From: Kiritimatiellia bacterium
GTDB lineage: Bacteria > Verrucomicrobiota > Kiritimatiellia > JAAZAB01
Length of the DNA: 64,000 nucleotides
Reading direction: 5' to 3'
Assembly (NCBI GenBank): GCA_041653875.1
Contig: JBAZEM010000006.1
Location: forward strand, 46,585-110,584
The notes under the pieces were generated by a model. It had not been told where the DNA came from. It did no database searches and saw only the letters and a list, made by a program, of their open reading frames with translations. Of this stretch, positions 38,514 through 49,055 are shown piece by piece; position 1 is the first letter of the stretch, and each line of letters begins with the position of its first letter. The position numbers were made by a program, and so were the translations under genes.

Positions 38514-39563
38514 TTACACATTGAACCGGAAGTGGCAGATGTCGCCATCCTCGATCACGTAATCCCGGCCCTTGACCTGCGCTTTGCCGTGGGCCTTGGC
38601 TTCCGCTTCGCCGCCGGCGGCGACAAGGTCGTCGAACTTGATGACTTCCACGCGGATGAAACCCCGCTCGATGTCGCTATGCACCTTGCCGGCCGCCGTG
38701 GGCGCCGTGGAGCCCTTGCGGATGGTCCAGGCGCGCACCTCGTCTTTGCCCACAGTGTAGAACGACATAAGCCCCAAGGCGTCGTAAGCCGCCTGGTTCA
38801 GGCGGTCCAGGCCGGAAGCCGCGAGCCCCAAGTCTTTGAGATACGCGTCGCGCTCGGCCGGCGCCAGGTCCATGATTTCCTGCTCAATGCGGCAGGAGAC
38901 CGTGAACACCGCGTCGCCGGCGTGGCCCATGACTTGGTTCAAGCGTTCCTCGTCCATATTAAAAACCCAGAGCACCGGTTTGAGGATCAGCAGGTTGAGA
39001 TTTCGGATGGGCTCGAGTTCGTGGGGTGGGAGCGCCAGGGGCGTCCATTTCATTTCGGTTTCGATCGTGGTTTTGAGTTTGGCGAGCGTCTGTTCTTCCT
39101 GGGCTTGTTGGGTTGTTTGCCCGGCGCGTTTTTCCTTGGTCAACCGCTCAAGGCGCTTTTCGATCAGTTCCAGGTCGGCCAGGAGCAACTCCGCTTCCAG
39201 CGTCAGGCGGTCGCGTTCCGAATCCACGGACCCGGCGGGGTGATAGACTTGGTCCGACGTGAAAGCGCGGACAACCACGCATAATAAATCGCAGCGCCGG
39301 GCCGCCTCCAGCCATTCCCGTTTGGCGTCGCCCGGCGCCATATCCGGACAAAGCGCGATAAGATTTTCGGCGTACTTTGTTTTTTCCGGCTTGAAAATCG
39401 CGGAGAGCGCATCCACGCGCGCGTCGTGGATGAGGGCGATGCCTTCCAGTGTTTCACCCGGCTTGAGCGCCGGGAATCCGGCCGGCCCGCGCCCGCGTCC
39501 GGTCAACAGCTTGAAAAAAGTTTTTTTCCCGGATTGGGGAAGGCCAAGCAATGCTACTTTCAT
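38514..39563 (-). CDS. ychF: Ribosome-binding ATPase YchF
   Basis: G1 motif GLPQSGKKTFF. TGS domain at the C-terminus. Confidence 0.9.
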   Translation of the reverse strand: MKVALLGLPQSGKKTFFKLLTGRGRGPAGFPALKPGETLEGIALIHDARVDALSAIFKPEKTKYAENLIALCPDMAPGDAKREWLEAARRCDLLCVVVRAFTSDQVYHPAGSVDSERDRLTLEAELLLADLELIEKRLERLTKEKRAGQTTQQAQEEQTLAKLKTTIETEMKWTPLALPPHELEPIRNLNLLILKPVLWVFNMDEERLNQVMGHAGDAVFTVSCRIEQEIMDLAPAERDAYLKDLGLAASGLDRLNQAAYDALGLMSFYTVGKDEVRAWTIRKGSTAPTAAGKVHSDIERGFIRVEVIKFDDLVAAGGEAEAKAHGKAQVKGRDYVIEDGDICHFRFNV

Positions 39564-39663
39564 AAGGATCTCCGATCTATTAAGTATGGGAGTATGGGAG
39601 TATCGGAGTAAAGCATTGGCTCTGCACTCCTATACGCCGTTACACTCATACGCCGTTACGCCC

Positions 39664-41292
39664 TTACTTTTTCCTGTAAATCTTCAGCGTTGTGCCGGCC
39701 TGCCCAAAAGAGGGCACGTTGGTCATGGGCGTATAGCGGTCTGTCACAATCTCGGTGAACAAAGCCATGTCTTCCTCCGTCAGGGGTGTCACTTCCGGAG
39801 ATTGGATGGCCAGCGCATAACCGCTCAGGGCGGCTATGGGCGCCTCCGTTGTCCGGAGCAGGCGCTCGAAGCCGGCGCGATTGAACACGTGCAATTTGGC
39901 GGCCTGATCGTCGCTGAGGGCTGGGAAATAACTGAACTGCCCCATTTCCAGGCCGCGCGGAACTTGCCGGTTGGCTTCCACGGCTATGTAAGGGTCTTGT
40001 GTCAGCAACAAATCGACCGGTTGGGTTTCCTGCCGGATCAGGGCGGCAGTATCGCGCAGTTTCTGGAGCGGCGAACGGTCCTTGATCAGCCACCAGATGC
40101 GGTCGCGTCCCTGGATGAACCAGTCCTGGTTTAGCGGCGAAGATCCCGCGGCGCCCAGTGATGCGATCAGTATGGCGAGCGTCAACCACAAGGCGCCGCG
40201 CCGGCCGACAAGTCGAATAGCCGCATTGGCGATGGCGACGGCCAGGAGCGGGAAAACGAACACCTGATAATCGTCGTACGGGAATGGCGCCAGGAAATGA
40301 ATCAGTGTAATGGCGGCGATGCTCAACCATAGGATTCGCATCAAAACAGGTGTGATCGTCGCCGTTGGAGCGGCCATCGCCGTTGGAGCGGCCATCGCCG
40401 CTGGAGCGGCCATCGCCGCTGGTGTGGCCATTGTCGCAGGGGCGCGGGCTTGAGCCCATTTGGCGAAGACAATAAAGATGCCGACAATGAATGCGACAAA
40501 ATAAGCCTGAAGCAGGCGCGATAAAAAGCCGATCTTAAAAGCAAGCGTCATCAGGCCGTCGCCGGAATGACGCAGGGCATGATATTGCATAATGCAATAC
40601 AGGAAGGATTCCGGCGCCAGGATCAGGAACGGCAGAAAAACCAGTCCGGCCATGGTCGCTGCGCCCAGCCCGAAATAGAGCCAGGCCAGGGATGGCGCGC
40701 TTCGGCGGGACGCCAGCAGGCATAGACAAACGATCGGCAGGATGACGCCGGCGGAGACGCGTGTGCCGGCGGCCAGCGCCATGAACGCGCCGGCTATAAG
40801 CATCAGTCCTGCGCGGCGGCGCGTCCAGCCCCCGGCCAGCGCCAGGAATCCCAGCATTAAGAGCAGGGCCGTGAGCGAATAGGTTTTAACGACTGTGCAG
40901 AAATAACTTTGATAAACATTGACGACGATGAGAATGAACGTGGTGAGCGCCGCGCCGGCGCGCAATTCCGGATTTACCAGTCGGGCCGCCAGCCGGGCGG
41001 CCAGAACGGCGGCCACGAGGCCCAGCAGGGCGGTTATCAGCCGGCCGCCGGCCAGCCCTCCCACGGCGATGACCGGCGCGAACAGGGCATACACCAGCGG
41101 CATCACCGGTCCCTGGGTGAAGGCGAAATCGATGTACGGCCATTGGCCTGCGGCAACCAGCCGGGCGGCGTACAGGTACCAGCCTTCATCCTGATTCAAA
41201 TCGCCCAGGTACAGGTTGGCGGCCGAAAGGACGATGGCGATCAGGAAAGCTACAATGCTTGTGCCGATATAAGCGCGTTTATACGATGTCAT
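39664..41292 (-). CDS. Polytopic membrane protein, GT-C-type glycosyltransferase-like (ArnT/PMT/DUF2029-like), with in-frame (MAAPAA)n repeat
   Basis: More than 10 TM helices. 21-bp tandem repeat at 40370-40450. Confidence 0.5.
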   Translation of the reverse strand: MTSYKRAYIGTSIVAFLIAIVLSAANLYLGDLNQDEGWYLYAARLVAAGQWPYIDFAFTQGPVMPLVYALFAPVIAVGGLAGGRLITALLGLVAAVLAARLAARLVNPELRAGAALTTFILIVVNVYQSYFCTVVKTYSLTALLLMLGFLALAGGWTRRRAGLMLIAGAFMALAAGTRVSAGVILPIVCLCLLASRRSAPSLAWLYFGLGAATMAGLVFLPFLILAPESFLYCIMQYHALRHSGDGLMTLAFKIGFLSRLLQAYFVAFIVGIFIVFAKWAQARAPATMATPAAMAAPAAMAAPTAMAAPTATITPVLMRILWLSIAAITLIHFLAPFPYDDYQVFVFPLLAVAIANAAIRLVGRRGALWLTLAILIASLGAAGSSPLNQDWFIQGRDRIWWLIKDRSPLQKLRDTAALIRQETQPVDLLLTQDPYIAVEANRQVPRGLEMGQFSYFPALSDDQAAKLHVFNRAGFERLLRTTEAPIAALSGYALAIQSPEVTPLTEEDMALFTEIVTDRYTPMTNVPSFGQAGTTLKIYRKK

Positions 41293-41405
41293 GGCGTTCG
41301 ACCAAGATCGGGAGGGTCGCGCTTTTGCGCGACCGTTTTTCGATTGGTTTTGAAATTAGCCCATTCAGCTTTGTGCCTCTGGGCCTGTGTGCCTTTGTGC
41401 CTTCA

Positions 41406-42659
41406 TCATGGTCTTTTCGACTCCGGCTTTCCGAATAACTCGCCCAGGGTGTTTTTGATGTCAAGAGGATGTTCCGGTTTTACCATGCCGGCGCTCTCCG
41501 CGTTCGGCGCATTGCTCTTGGCCTGAGAATCGGTGGACTTGTCTTGCATGTCCCTGACCGCTTGGGATGTCGCGGCGGAACGGTTCTGGGCATCCAGGAC
41601 GCCGTTGATGATCGCGTCGAACGTGTCCTTGCTGGCCATGGTTTGCGTCAAGGCTTCCCGGATATCGATTTCCGGATTGGTCAGGGTGCCTTTGATGGGC
41701 ACGAGCGCCTTGAACGCTTCGGGGAACGGAATGCCGCCGAATTGTTCCTGTTGTTTGCGGGTGAGTTTGACCTTGTCGAATGTCAGATGCAGAACGGATT
41801 TTTCCGGGTCGAACACGCCTTGCTGGCAGTAAAGCGTCATGGTTCCGGAGATCCGGCCTTCTTCAAACCCGCACCGCGCCGCCAGCTCCCGGAAATTTTT
41901 AAAATCGACCGTCTGAATGGACCCGGTCAGGTCGAAGCTCAGCAGGGTGGGGTCGTTGATCGGGGCGATCCGGCCGTTCAGGTCGAACGCGCATTTGCGG
42001 TCGGTGGTCAGAATGTGGCCCAGCAGGTTGATCGTTCCGGACATTACGTCGTTTCGCCCGTGATTGGCGATATCTTTCAGGCGCGCCTGCATATCGAGGC
42101 CCAGCCGGAAAGGAGGCTCGCTGATTTTGTGATCGACATACTGCGCCGAGGTCGTGATCTCCATTTGTTGGATTGCGAAGTCGGGAATTTTTTTAACGCG
42201 CACCCGGGGGTCGCCGGGGGCGGGCGGTCCCGCCTCGCCGGGCGGCGTGTTCGACATGGCGGCATGAATGGCCGCAAGGGCCGGCTCGATGTTAAGTGCG
42301 CCTTCCCGGTTGCGAACCACGCTGAGCGCCGCATCCCGGATCGTGGCTTTCTCGATTTTGGCAATGCCTCCGCGGAATAACGCCGGCAGGCCGATCGTCA
42401 ATTTGAACCGTTTCATGGCGATCATGCTCTTGGTGTCGAAGTCCGGCGGGTTGATTACCTGTATGCCGTGAACGGAGAGCGATCCGCCCAGCAAATTGAC
42501 GCTGACGCGCTCCAGGGTGACATCCAGGTTCCAGCGTTCCTTGGCCATTGGCAGGACCCATTGACGCAGGGAATCCGTCAGCCCATAGGCCAGGAACAAT
42601 TGCAACCCGATCACCCCGGCCAGAATGAGAGCAAGAACGACGATAGCGGCTTTTTTCAT
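41406..42659 (-). CDS. AsmA-like/DUF748 outer-membrane biogenesis protein
   Basis: N-terminal TM anchor followed by an extended beta-rich periplasmic domain. Confidence 0.45.
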   Translation of the reverse strand: MKKAAIVVLALILAGVIGLQLFLAYGLTDSLRQWVLPMAKERWNLDVTLERVSVNLLGGSLSVHGIQVINPPDFDTKSMIAMKRFKLTIGLPALFRGGIAKIEKATIRDAALSVVRNREGALNIEPALAAIHAAMSNTPPGEAGPPAPGDPRVRVKKIPDFAIQQMEITTSAQYVDHKISEPPFRLGLDMQARLKDIANHGRNDVMSGTINLLGHILTTDRKCAFDLNGRIAPINDPTLLSFDLTGSIQTVDFKNFRELAARCGFEEGRISGTMTLYCQQGVFDPEKSVLHLTFDKVKLTRKQQEQFGGIPFPEAFKALVPIKGTLTNPEIDIREALTQTMASKDTFDAIINGVLDAQNRSAATSQAVRDMQDKSTDSQAKSNAPNAESAGMVKPEHPLDIKNTLGELFGKPESKRP

Positions 42660-42772
42660 GGCAAAAGTCTCCTCTTTGCAAAAGTATGGGAGTATGGGCG
42701 TATGGGGGTGAGGGTGTCCCGCATAAATTTTTCACGCCCCTACACCCATACTCCTACACACCCATACGCTTC

Positions 42773-44056
42773 CTACATCTCCGCCAGTATGGTTTTAAAA
42801 CGCTCGCCGTCCTTGGCGGTTGTTCCCGGCGAGAGCCAGGCCATGCTGACCGTGCGCTCGCGGAAAATGGTGTCCGCCAGTTTTTGGATGTCCTCGGCCT
42901 GCACGGCCTGGATTGCCGCGATGGCCTCTTCGGGCGCCATGACCGAGCCGTAATTCAGGATGTGATCGCCCATCCACATCATATGGCCCGTCGGGTTTTC
43001 CAATCCCAGGCGCATGTGGCCGATGACGTATTCCTTGGCGCGCGCCAGTTCCTGCGGGTTGACTGTCTCCTGTTTCAGGCGCTTGACTTCGCGCGCGATC
43101 AGCTCCAGCGCCTTTTCATGGCGTTTGCGATCCAGGCCGGCGCCGATTACCAGGGCGCCGGTTTCGGCGAACAATTGCATGCCGGAATGAATGGCATACG
43201 CCAGTCCATGTTTTTCGCGCACGACCTGAAAGAGGCGCGAACTCATGTTTTCGCCCAGGATCACGTTCAGCAGTTTCAGCGCGTAGCGCCGCTTGTCGAA
43301 CCGTCCGAATATTCGGAAGCCCAGCGCCATCTGGGTCTGCTCGATGTCCTTGGCTCTCAGGTTGAGGCGCTCCTGGGGCACCGCCGGTGTGACCAGCGGG
43401 TAGGTGGGCTCGCGCGCGCCCGCGATTCCGCGGGTCAGTTTGGCCACATGGCGGACACACTCCTCGTGGCGCACGTGGCCGGCGAAAATAAAAACGGTGT
43501 TTTCCGGCACGTACTTCTTTTTTTTGAACGTCAGAATATGGTCGCGCGTCAGTTCGCGCAGAGTTTCGGGATAGCCGATCAGCGGGCGTCCGAGTTCGTG
43601 GTCCTGCCATAAGGCCGCGCTGAGCATTTCCTGCACCACCTGTTCCGGCTGGTCGCGGTACATCATGATTTCCTCGATGATGACGCCGCGTTCCTTCTCG
43701 ATATCCGCGGGCGCGAAGCGCGGATGGCGGTACATTTCCGTCAGAATGTCCAGCGCTTTCCAGGTGTGGTCATCGCCGGTGCGCGCGTAGTAGCAGGTCA
43801 GCTCCTCCTGGGTGAATGCGTTGCAGAATCCGCCGCGGCCCTCGATGGCCTGCGAAATGTCGCGCGCCGACAGGCGCTCGCTGCCCTTGAACAACAGGTG
43901 TTCGATGAAGTGACTGATGCCCGCCAAGGCGCGTGTTTCGTAGCGCGCGCCGACGCCCACCCAGACGCCGAGCGCCACGCTCTGCAAGTGTTCCATGGCG
44001 GAGGTCGCCACGCGCATGCCGTTGGCCAGGCGCGATTCGTGAATTGCCATCATCAT
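42773..44056 (-). CDS. M16 family zinc peptidase (pitrilysin-like)
   Basis: Inverted zinc motif HFIEHLLF...E. Confidence 0.8.
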   Translation of the reverse strand: MMMAIHESRLANGMRVATSAMEHLQSVALGVWVGVGARYETRALAGISHFIEHLLFKGSERLSARDISQAIEGRGGFCNAFTQEELTCYYARTGDDHTWKALDILTEMYRHPRFAPADIEKERGVIIEEIMMYRDQPEQVVQEMLSAALWQDHELGRPLIGYPETLRELTRDHILTFKKKKYVPENTVFIFAGHVRHEECVRHVAKLTRGIAGAREPTYPLVTPAVPQERLNLRAKDIEQTQMALGFRIFGRFDKRRYALKLLNVILGENMSSRLFQVVREKHGLAYAIHSGMQLFAETGALVIGAGLDRKRHEKALELIAREVKRLKQETVNPQELARAKEYVIGHMRLGLENPTGHMMWMGDHILNYGSVMAPEEAIAAIQAVQAEDIQKLADTIFRERTVSMAWLSPGTTAKDGERFKTILAEM

Positions 44057-44143
44057 TATGTCTTGCTCTCCAATGCGGGCTGTGCTCGCAACCCAATCCG
44101 GCCCGGCTGGAGGCCGAGCCCTACCGTTACCTGCTTCTGTTTT

Positions 44144-44902
44144 TCACAGGTAGGGGCCAGCCTCCGGCTGGCCCGTCCTTTGCCTTCCTGATTGCAATTC
44201 GGCCAACGATACCGTGCCTTCATACAGGGCTTTGCCCACGATCACGCCCGCCAAATTCGGTTTGCCCATGGCCGCCAGGGCGGCCACATGCGCGGCCGAG
44301 GCCACGCCCCCGGAGGCGATCACCCGGCAGGCCACCCGGTCGCAAAGCGCCGCGACCGCCTTCGTGTTCGGCCCCGTCAGCATGCCGTCCTGGGCGATGT
44401 CCGTATAAATCATAGTCCGGACGCCCAGAGTCTCCAGGCGCGCGGCCAACGTCAGGGCATCCGTCCCGGTCGTTTCGGTCCAGCCCTTGATCGAGACCCG
44501 GCCGTTGCGCGCGTCGAGTCCGACCGCCACGCGTTCGCCGAAACGTTCCACCAGGCGCGCGAGCGTTTCCGGCGAGGTCCAGGCCCGCGTGCCGAGCACG
44601 GCGCGCTCCACGCCCCGCGCCAGCAAGTCCGCCACCTGGTCATCCGTGCGCAGTCCGCCGCCCACCTCGACTGGAATCCGTATGGCCCGCGCGATTTTTT
44701 CGATCAACTCCGTGTGTACGGGCAAGCCTTGAAAGGCGCCATCCAAGTCCACAACGTGCAGCCAGGCGGCGCCGGCCTTTTCCCAGAACCTGGCCATTTG
44801 CACGGGATCATCCGAATAGACCGTTTCATCGGAGGCAATTCCCTGGCGCAGGCGCACACAGCGCCCGCCCTTCAAATCAATCGCCGGAATAATGGTTATC
44901 AT
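44144..44902 (-). CDS. hisA: 1-(5-phosphoribosyl)-5-[(5-phosphoribosylamino)methylideneamino]imidazole-4-carboxamide isomerase
   Basis: MITIIPAIDLKGGRCVRLRQG N-terminus and (beta/alpha)8 motifs. Confidence 0.85.
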   Translation of the reverse strand: MITIIPAIDLKGGRCVRLRQGIASDETVYSDDPVQMARFWEKAGAAWLHVVDLDGAFQGLPVHTELIEKIARAIRIPVEVGGGLRTDDQVADLLARGVERAVLGTRAWTSPETLARLVERFGERVAVGLDARNGRVSIKGWTETTGTDALTLAARLETLGVRTMIYTDIAQDGMLTGPNTKAVAALCDRVACRVIASGGVASAAHVAALAAMGKPNLAGVIVGKALYEGTVSLAELQSGRQRTGQPEAGPYL

Positions 44903-44919
44903 ATATAAAACGTTCTTGG

Positions 44920-45030
44920 TTCCTGGTTCTTAGTTCTTTGTTTAGCGGGCAAATTCTTTGGGTTGCGGGCATCGCCCGCCTTAGATTAACGAAGAACCAA
45001 GAACCAAGAACGAAGAACCAAGAACAGTTT
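44920..45030. repeat. Long hairpin with (GAACNAA)n arms flanking a GGGTTGCGGGC..GCCCGCCTTA core
   Basis: Arms gttcttggttcctggttcttagttctttg / cgaagaaccaagaaccaagaacgaagaaccaagaac. A similar structure lies at 21440-21590. The motif recurs at 22870-22920 and 26080-26110. Confidence 0.7.
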
Positions 45031-45635
45031 CAGAGCGTTCCCTTGCTGGACGGGATGCCCGTCTCGCGCGCATCCCGCGCCACAGCCTCCCGCAATGCGC
45101 GCGCCAGGGCCTTGAATATCGATTCATAGGCATGATGCGGCTCCCGTCCGTAAAATTGCTCCACGTGCAGGTTCATCCGCGCCTGGACGCAGAAAGCCTG
45201 TAAAAACTCCTCGATCAGGCTCACATCGAAGGCCATGATTTTGCGCCGTTTGTTGGCGACCGCATAGACGAGATAAGGGCGCCCGCCCAGGTCCACGACC
45301 ACGCGGCTCAAAGCATCGTCCATGGGAATGGTGGCGCAGCCGTAACGCCGGATGCCGCGCCGGTCGCCCAGGGCCTGATCCAGCGCCCGGCCCAGGCACA
45401 GGCCCAGGTCCTCCACGGTGTGATGATAATCCACGGCCAGGTCGCCGCGGGCGCGCAGACGCAGGTCCATCAGCGCATGCCGCGCAAAAAGCTCCAGCAT
45501 GTGATTTAGAAACGGCAGGCCGGTGTCCACGTCGAAACGGCCGCGGCCATCCAGCGTGAGCGTAAGCTCAATCTGCGTTTCACGGGTGGCGCGCTTGATG
45601 CAGGCGGTTCTTGGTTTCATAATGCGCCCGATCAT
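45030..45635 (-). CDS. hisB: Imidazoleglycerol-phosphate dehydratase
   Basis: IGPD motifs (RETQIEL, HHTVEDLG). Confidence 0.85.
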   Translation of the reverse strand: MIGRIMKPRTACIKRATRETQIELTLTLDGRGRFDVDTGLPFLNHMLELFARHALMDLRLRARGDLAVDYHHTVEDLGLCLGRALDQALGDRRGIRRYGCATIPMDDALSRVVVDLGGRPYLVYAVANKRRKIMAFDVSLIEEFLQAFCVQARMNLHVEQFYGREPHHAYESIFKALARALREAVARDARETGIPSSKGTL

Positions 45636-45859
45636 AACAAAATTATCGGCGGGTGCGAGCGCATTTTATAACGAACTTTTCAGCGATGGAGCAATTTTGC
45701 GTTTTGCTCAACCAACGAACACGGTATAGCAATCTAACGAGTTGTTACGTGATTTCAAGGAAAGATCGGCGTGAAAACATGGGCGTGTAGCGCACAAGGA
45801 GCGCGAGAATCACGGCGGACGGAACTGAATATTGGCGCAAAACGACAATTCGGGCGCGT

Positions 45860-46525
45860 ATGGCCAGACCCGTATTGTCCGGCCTCGGCAGGCAACAAGC
45901 GATGAGCGATGAAAATAAATCAAAGTTTTTTTGTCATAATGCGTCTAATATGATAAAGAACACTCTTATGATAACGTCCGATTCCAGCGACGAGGAACTT
46001 ATTGCCGACTTCAAGCAAGGGGGCGACCGGGCTTGCTTGGAGGCGGTGATTAAACGACATGTCGGGAAAGTAAGGGCCATGATCTATCATATGGTTCTGA
46101 ATGACGCCGATGCCGACGATCTGACGCAGGATGTTTTCATTCGTATGGTCAATGCAATCTGCGGATTTCGGGAGGCATCCAGTTTTTCTACCTGGCTGTA
46201 TCGCATTGCCATGAATACGACGGTCGGTTTTCTTAGGAAGAAACAACGGATGCCTGTGGCAACCGAATCTGATTTGACGGTTTTGGTGGATGGCGCGGCT
46301 TTGCCGCACGATAAAGTGTCGGCCGATGAAACCGATGGCTTGATCGCCAAAGCTCTGGCGTCGCTCAGTCCCCGCCTAAGGGCGGCGATCAGTCTGACGG
46401 CGATTCAAGGCTTGGAAGCGGCGGAGGCGGCGCGGATCGAAGGTTGCGCTTTGGCCACGATGTACTGGCGCATTCATCACGCCAGGCGTCTGCTAAGGAA
46501 GAAGTTGGAGGGCCTGCAAAAATGA
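45860..46525 (+). CDS. ECF-type RNA polymerase sigma-70 factor
   Basis: Region 2 (DADADDLTQDVFIRM..FSTWLYRIAMN) and region 4 (LEAAEAARIEGCALATMYWRIHHARRLL). The true start is probably internal (at about 45902-45970). Confidence 0.7.
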   Translation: MARPVLSGLGRQQAMSDENKSKFFCHNASNMIKNTLMITSDSSDEELIADFKQGGDRACLEAVIKRHVGKVRAMIYHMVLNDADADDLTQDVFIRMVNAICGFREASSFSTWLYRIAMNTTVGFLRKKQRMPVATESDLTVLVDGAALPHDKVSADETDGLIAKALASLSPRLRAAISLTAIQGLEAAEAARIEGCALATMYWRIHHARRLLRKKLEGLQK

Positions 46526-47289
46526 AAAAAAACCAGCTTAATGAAACCCTGCGTGCATGGGCGCGCCGGCGGGAATGCGGCGAGCAACGCTTGCAGGCAT
46601 TGACGGACGCCATCATGCAGTCGCTGCCCCGCCATCCATGCGTTTTTGAACCGGAGGATGCTCCGGCCATGCGGCGCCTTAACTTGTGGCCCAGCGTTAC
46701 ATATATCGCAATGGGAGCGGCGGCCATGCTGGCGATCGTTCTGGGGATCAACCTGGCGCGGCCTCATACGGCATTGCCGATTTCCTCGTCCCTTGGATTG
46801 CCCGCGAATTATGCCGTGTCCAAAGCCGTGGTTATAAGGGAAATGAGCCGCCTGTTTTCCGGGCAATTGCGCTGGGTGGCGGAAAACAACGGCGACATTA
46901 AAGTCGGCATAGATTCCGAGACGAGCGCGCGCGAAGGCGATTCGACATCCGCCTGGATCCAAACGGTGGTTGTCACCCGGCGGGCCGGCGAATCGACCTG
47001 GCGTCCGGTTTGGAGCACGGCGGTCCAAGTTCACAACGATGAACAGGTCGAATTGACCTTGCCCGCTGATTCCGAGGGGCGCTTAATGCTCTGGGCCTAT
47101 GCCGTGGACAAGGACAAGTGGGCCGTCGATTCCTTGTGCGCTTGGACCACCCCGGTGCGGCTGTCTTCCGAAAGCAGTGAAATCATCGAAACCGGCAAAT
47201 ACCAGGAGATCGCCGCGCTGAAGACCGATAACCGGGAATATCGAGTGTTTCAAACGGTGCTCAATATGAAACCTGACCGGAATTCGTGA
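46522..47289 (+). CDS. Putative anti-sigma factor (single-pass membrane protein)
   Basis: ATGA-coupled to the sigma gene. Central TM helix VTYIAMGAAAMLAIVLGI. Confidence 0.5.
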   Translation: MKKNQLNETLRAWARRRECGEQRLQALTDAIMQSLPRHPCVFEPEDAPAMRRLNLWPSVTYIAMGAAAMLAIVLGINLARPHTALPISSSLGLPANYAVSKAVVIREMSRLFSGQLRWVAENNGDIKVGIDSETSAREGDSTSAWIQTVVVTRRAGESTWRPVWSTAVQVHNDEQVELTLPADSEGRLMLWAYAVDKDKWAVDSLCAWTTPVRLSSESSEIIETGKYQEIAALKTDNREYRVFQTVLNMKPDRNS

Positions 47290-47290
47290 C

Positions 47291-48283
47291 ATGAGAACGA
47301 TCGGCCTTATGCTGGGATTCTTGCTGGTATGCACCGCGGCACAAGCCGCGCCCAAGCTTGCGATAGTCGTGCAAGAATCTTGGAACGATGTGTTTGGCGG
47401 CAAGGAGGCGGTTTTTCATGTCCTGGTCGGCGCCCGGGAAACCACTCGGGGACGTCTGGCATGGCGCTACGCGGCGGGGGATAAGACCATTGCCCGGCAG
47501 GAACGCGAGATCGATGTGGCGCCCGGCCGATCGCAGAACGTGGAAATCCGCCTGCCCGTGCCGGAGGTGAAAGCGGGGGTTATTCTAAACACAACGCTGT
47601 CAGTTGCGGTGAATGAAAATGGCGCCGCGCAGGCAACGGCAACCCTGGAAAAGACCCTCTGGGTTTTTCCGCCGGATCCGTTTGCCGGCCGCGCGGAATG
47701 GCTCAAGGAGCAAAACTTCTGGCTGTTCGATCCGGAGCGGAAAACGGCGGAGCGATTCGAAAAGTCCCATATCCCGTTTAAACGCATATCGGATGTAGGC
47801 GCTTTTCAGGATGTTCGAAATGGCGTCGTGGTCATAGGCGAGGGGGTCTCGTTCAAGGTCTATCGGGGGCTTTGGGATCAATTGATGGCGGTGGCATCGA
47901 GCGGTGTTCCCGTCCTGTGCCTTGCCCCCGCGGAGGGCAGTGTCCCACTGCTGGCGCCGGATGAATCGGCCTTTCCCGCGCCGGCAAGTCTGAAACTTGA
48001 AAAGGCCGCCATCATTCGAAAACTTGACAAGCGCTTGGATGCCGAGGCGTGGCCGCCGGACGGCCTGATCTGCTTGCGGACATTGACCGTTCGCGGCGAA
48101 CGAGGCGCTGTGATTGGCGAAATGGCGCCGCCCGCGGCGGGCGGCTGGCCTTGGATCGAAATGAGCGGCGGGTTGCCTCGCGGACGGTTGATTGTCTGTT
48201 GTTTTGCCGTTATCAAGAAGTGGGAGACCGGTCCCGCGCCGCGATTCCTGCTGGAGCGTGTTCTGCAATATATGTCCGAGTAA
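47291..48283 (+). CDS. Secreted hypothetical protein
   Basis: Signal peptide MRTIGLMLGFLLVCTAAQA. Abuts the anti-sigma gene. Confidence 0.5.
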   Translation: MRTIGLMLGFLLVCTAAQAAPKLAIVVQESWNDVFGGKEAVFHVLVGARETTRGRLAWRYAAGDKTIARQEREIDVAPGRSQNVEIRLPVPEVKAGVILNTTLSVAVNENGAAQATATLEKTLWVFPPDPFAGRAEWLKEQNFWLFDPERKTAERFEKSHIPFKRISDVGAFQDVRNGVVVIGEGVSFKVYRGLWDQLMAVASSGVPVLCLAPAEGSVPLLAPDESAFPAPASLKLEKAAIIRKLDKRLDAEAWPPDGLICLRTLTVRGERGAVIGEMAPPAAGGWPWIEMSGGLPRGRLIVCCFAVIKKWETGPAPRFLLERVLQYMSE

Positions 48284-48334
48284 AACAAGATCGCGTCACA
48301 CCATGACGCGCTGCAAAAGTCCGCGCCGGTCATG

Positions 48335-48545
48335 TTCGAGTTGGGCCTTCGGCAACTATGCCGTTCTATCGAACGGCCTCTACACCGGACGGCCTGTCTG
48401 AACTCGACCAGGGGTGTAGTTGCGGTTCGATAGAACCGCTGTGTTTTAAATTTCCTATGCATTAAATTAAGCGCCGAAACGGGGCGACTTTTTTCCATGT
48501 AGAGCCGACTTTATGTCGGCTATCATAGCCGGTGTTCCGCCGTCG
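48335..48545. repeat. BIME-like mosaic repeat copy (inverted orientation)
   Basis: Reverse complement carries TAGGAAAT plus the GCGGTTCTATCGAACCGCAACTACACC hairpin. The plus strand carries the CATGTAGAGCCGACTTTATGTCGGCTATCATAGCCGGTGTTCCGCC module. Confidence 0.75.
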
Positions 48546-48596
48546 GTGCTGGGTTGCGGGTTCCCGCGTCGGACAATCATTATAGGAGGAGTGAGA

Positions 48597-49016
48597 ATGA
48601 AAACAATCGCAGTCGCTCTTGGATCGATCGTTGCCTTTGCTCTGTGCGCCATCGGCCAAGACGCCAATGAAACATCCGTTGCAGGAATGCCGCCCGGAAT
48701 GTCGGGATCTTACGGAACCGAACAGGCAATCGTCCTCAAAGTTTTCGCGGCCGAAGATGGCGAGGCGCGTTTCCGGGCCTATCAGGTGAAATGGAAGGAT
48801 CAAGACGTAATTGTGTCGGATATGATGGGCGCAACTAACTTCAAGGAAGGGGACAAGATTACATTTATGGTCCAAAACATCCAGATGCCGGTGGGCGGAA
48901 AGAAACTGAGAATGCTGCAATTCATGATCATGGACTTCAGTTCTTTCATGCCGAAACAAGGCGGGTCGAACCAGGCGGCGGAAGGTATCGGCGCGGAAAC
49001 CATGCCGCAGCCTTAA
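48597..49016 (+). CDS. Small secreted hypothetical protein
   Basis: Signal peptide MKTIAVALGSIVAFALCA. GGAGGAG RBS. Confidence 0.45.
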   Translation: MKTIAVALGSIVAFALCAIGQDANETSVAGMPPGMSGSYGTEQAIVLKVFAAEDGEARFRAYQVKWKDQDVIVSDMMGATNFKEGDKITFMVQNIQMPVGGKKLRMLQFMIMDFSSFMPKQGGSNQAAEGIGAETMPQP

Positions 49017-49055
49017 CGCGGGCCTTAACCAAACCAAGAAAAGGAGATCGAAACC

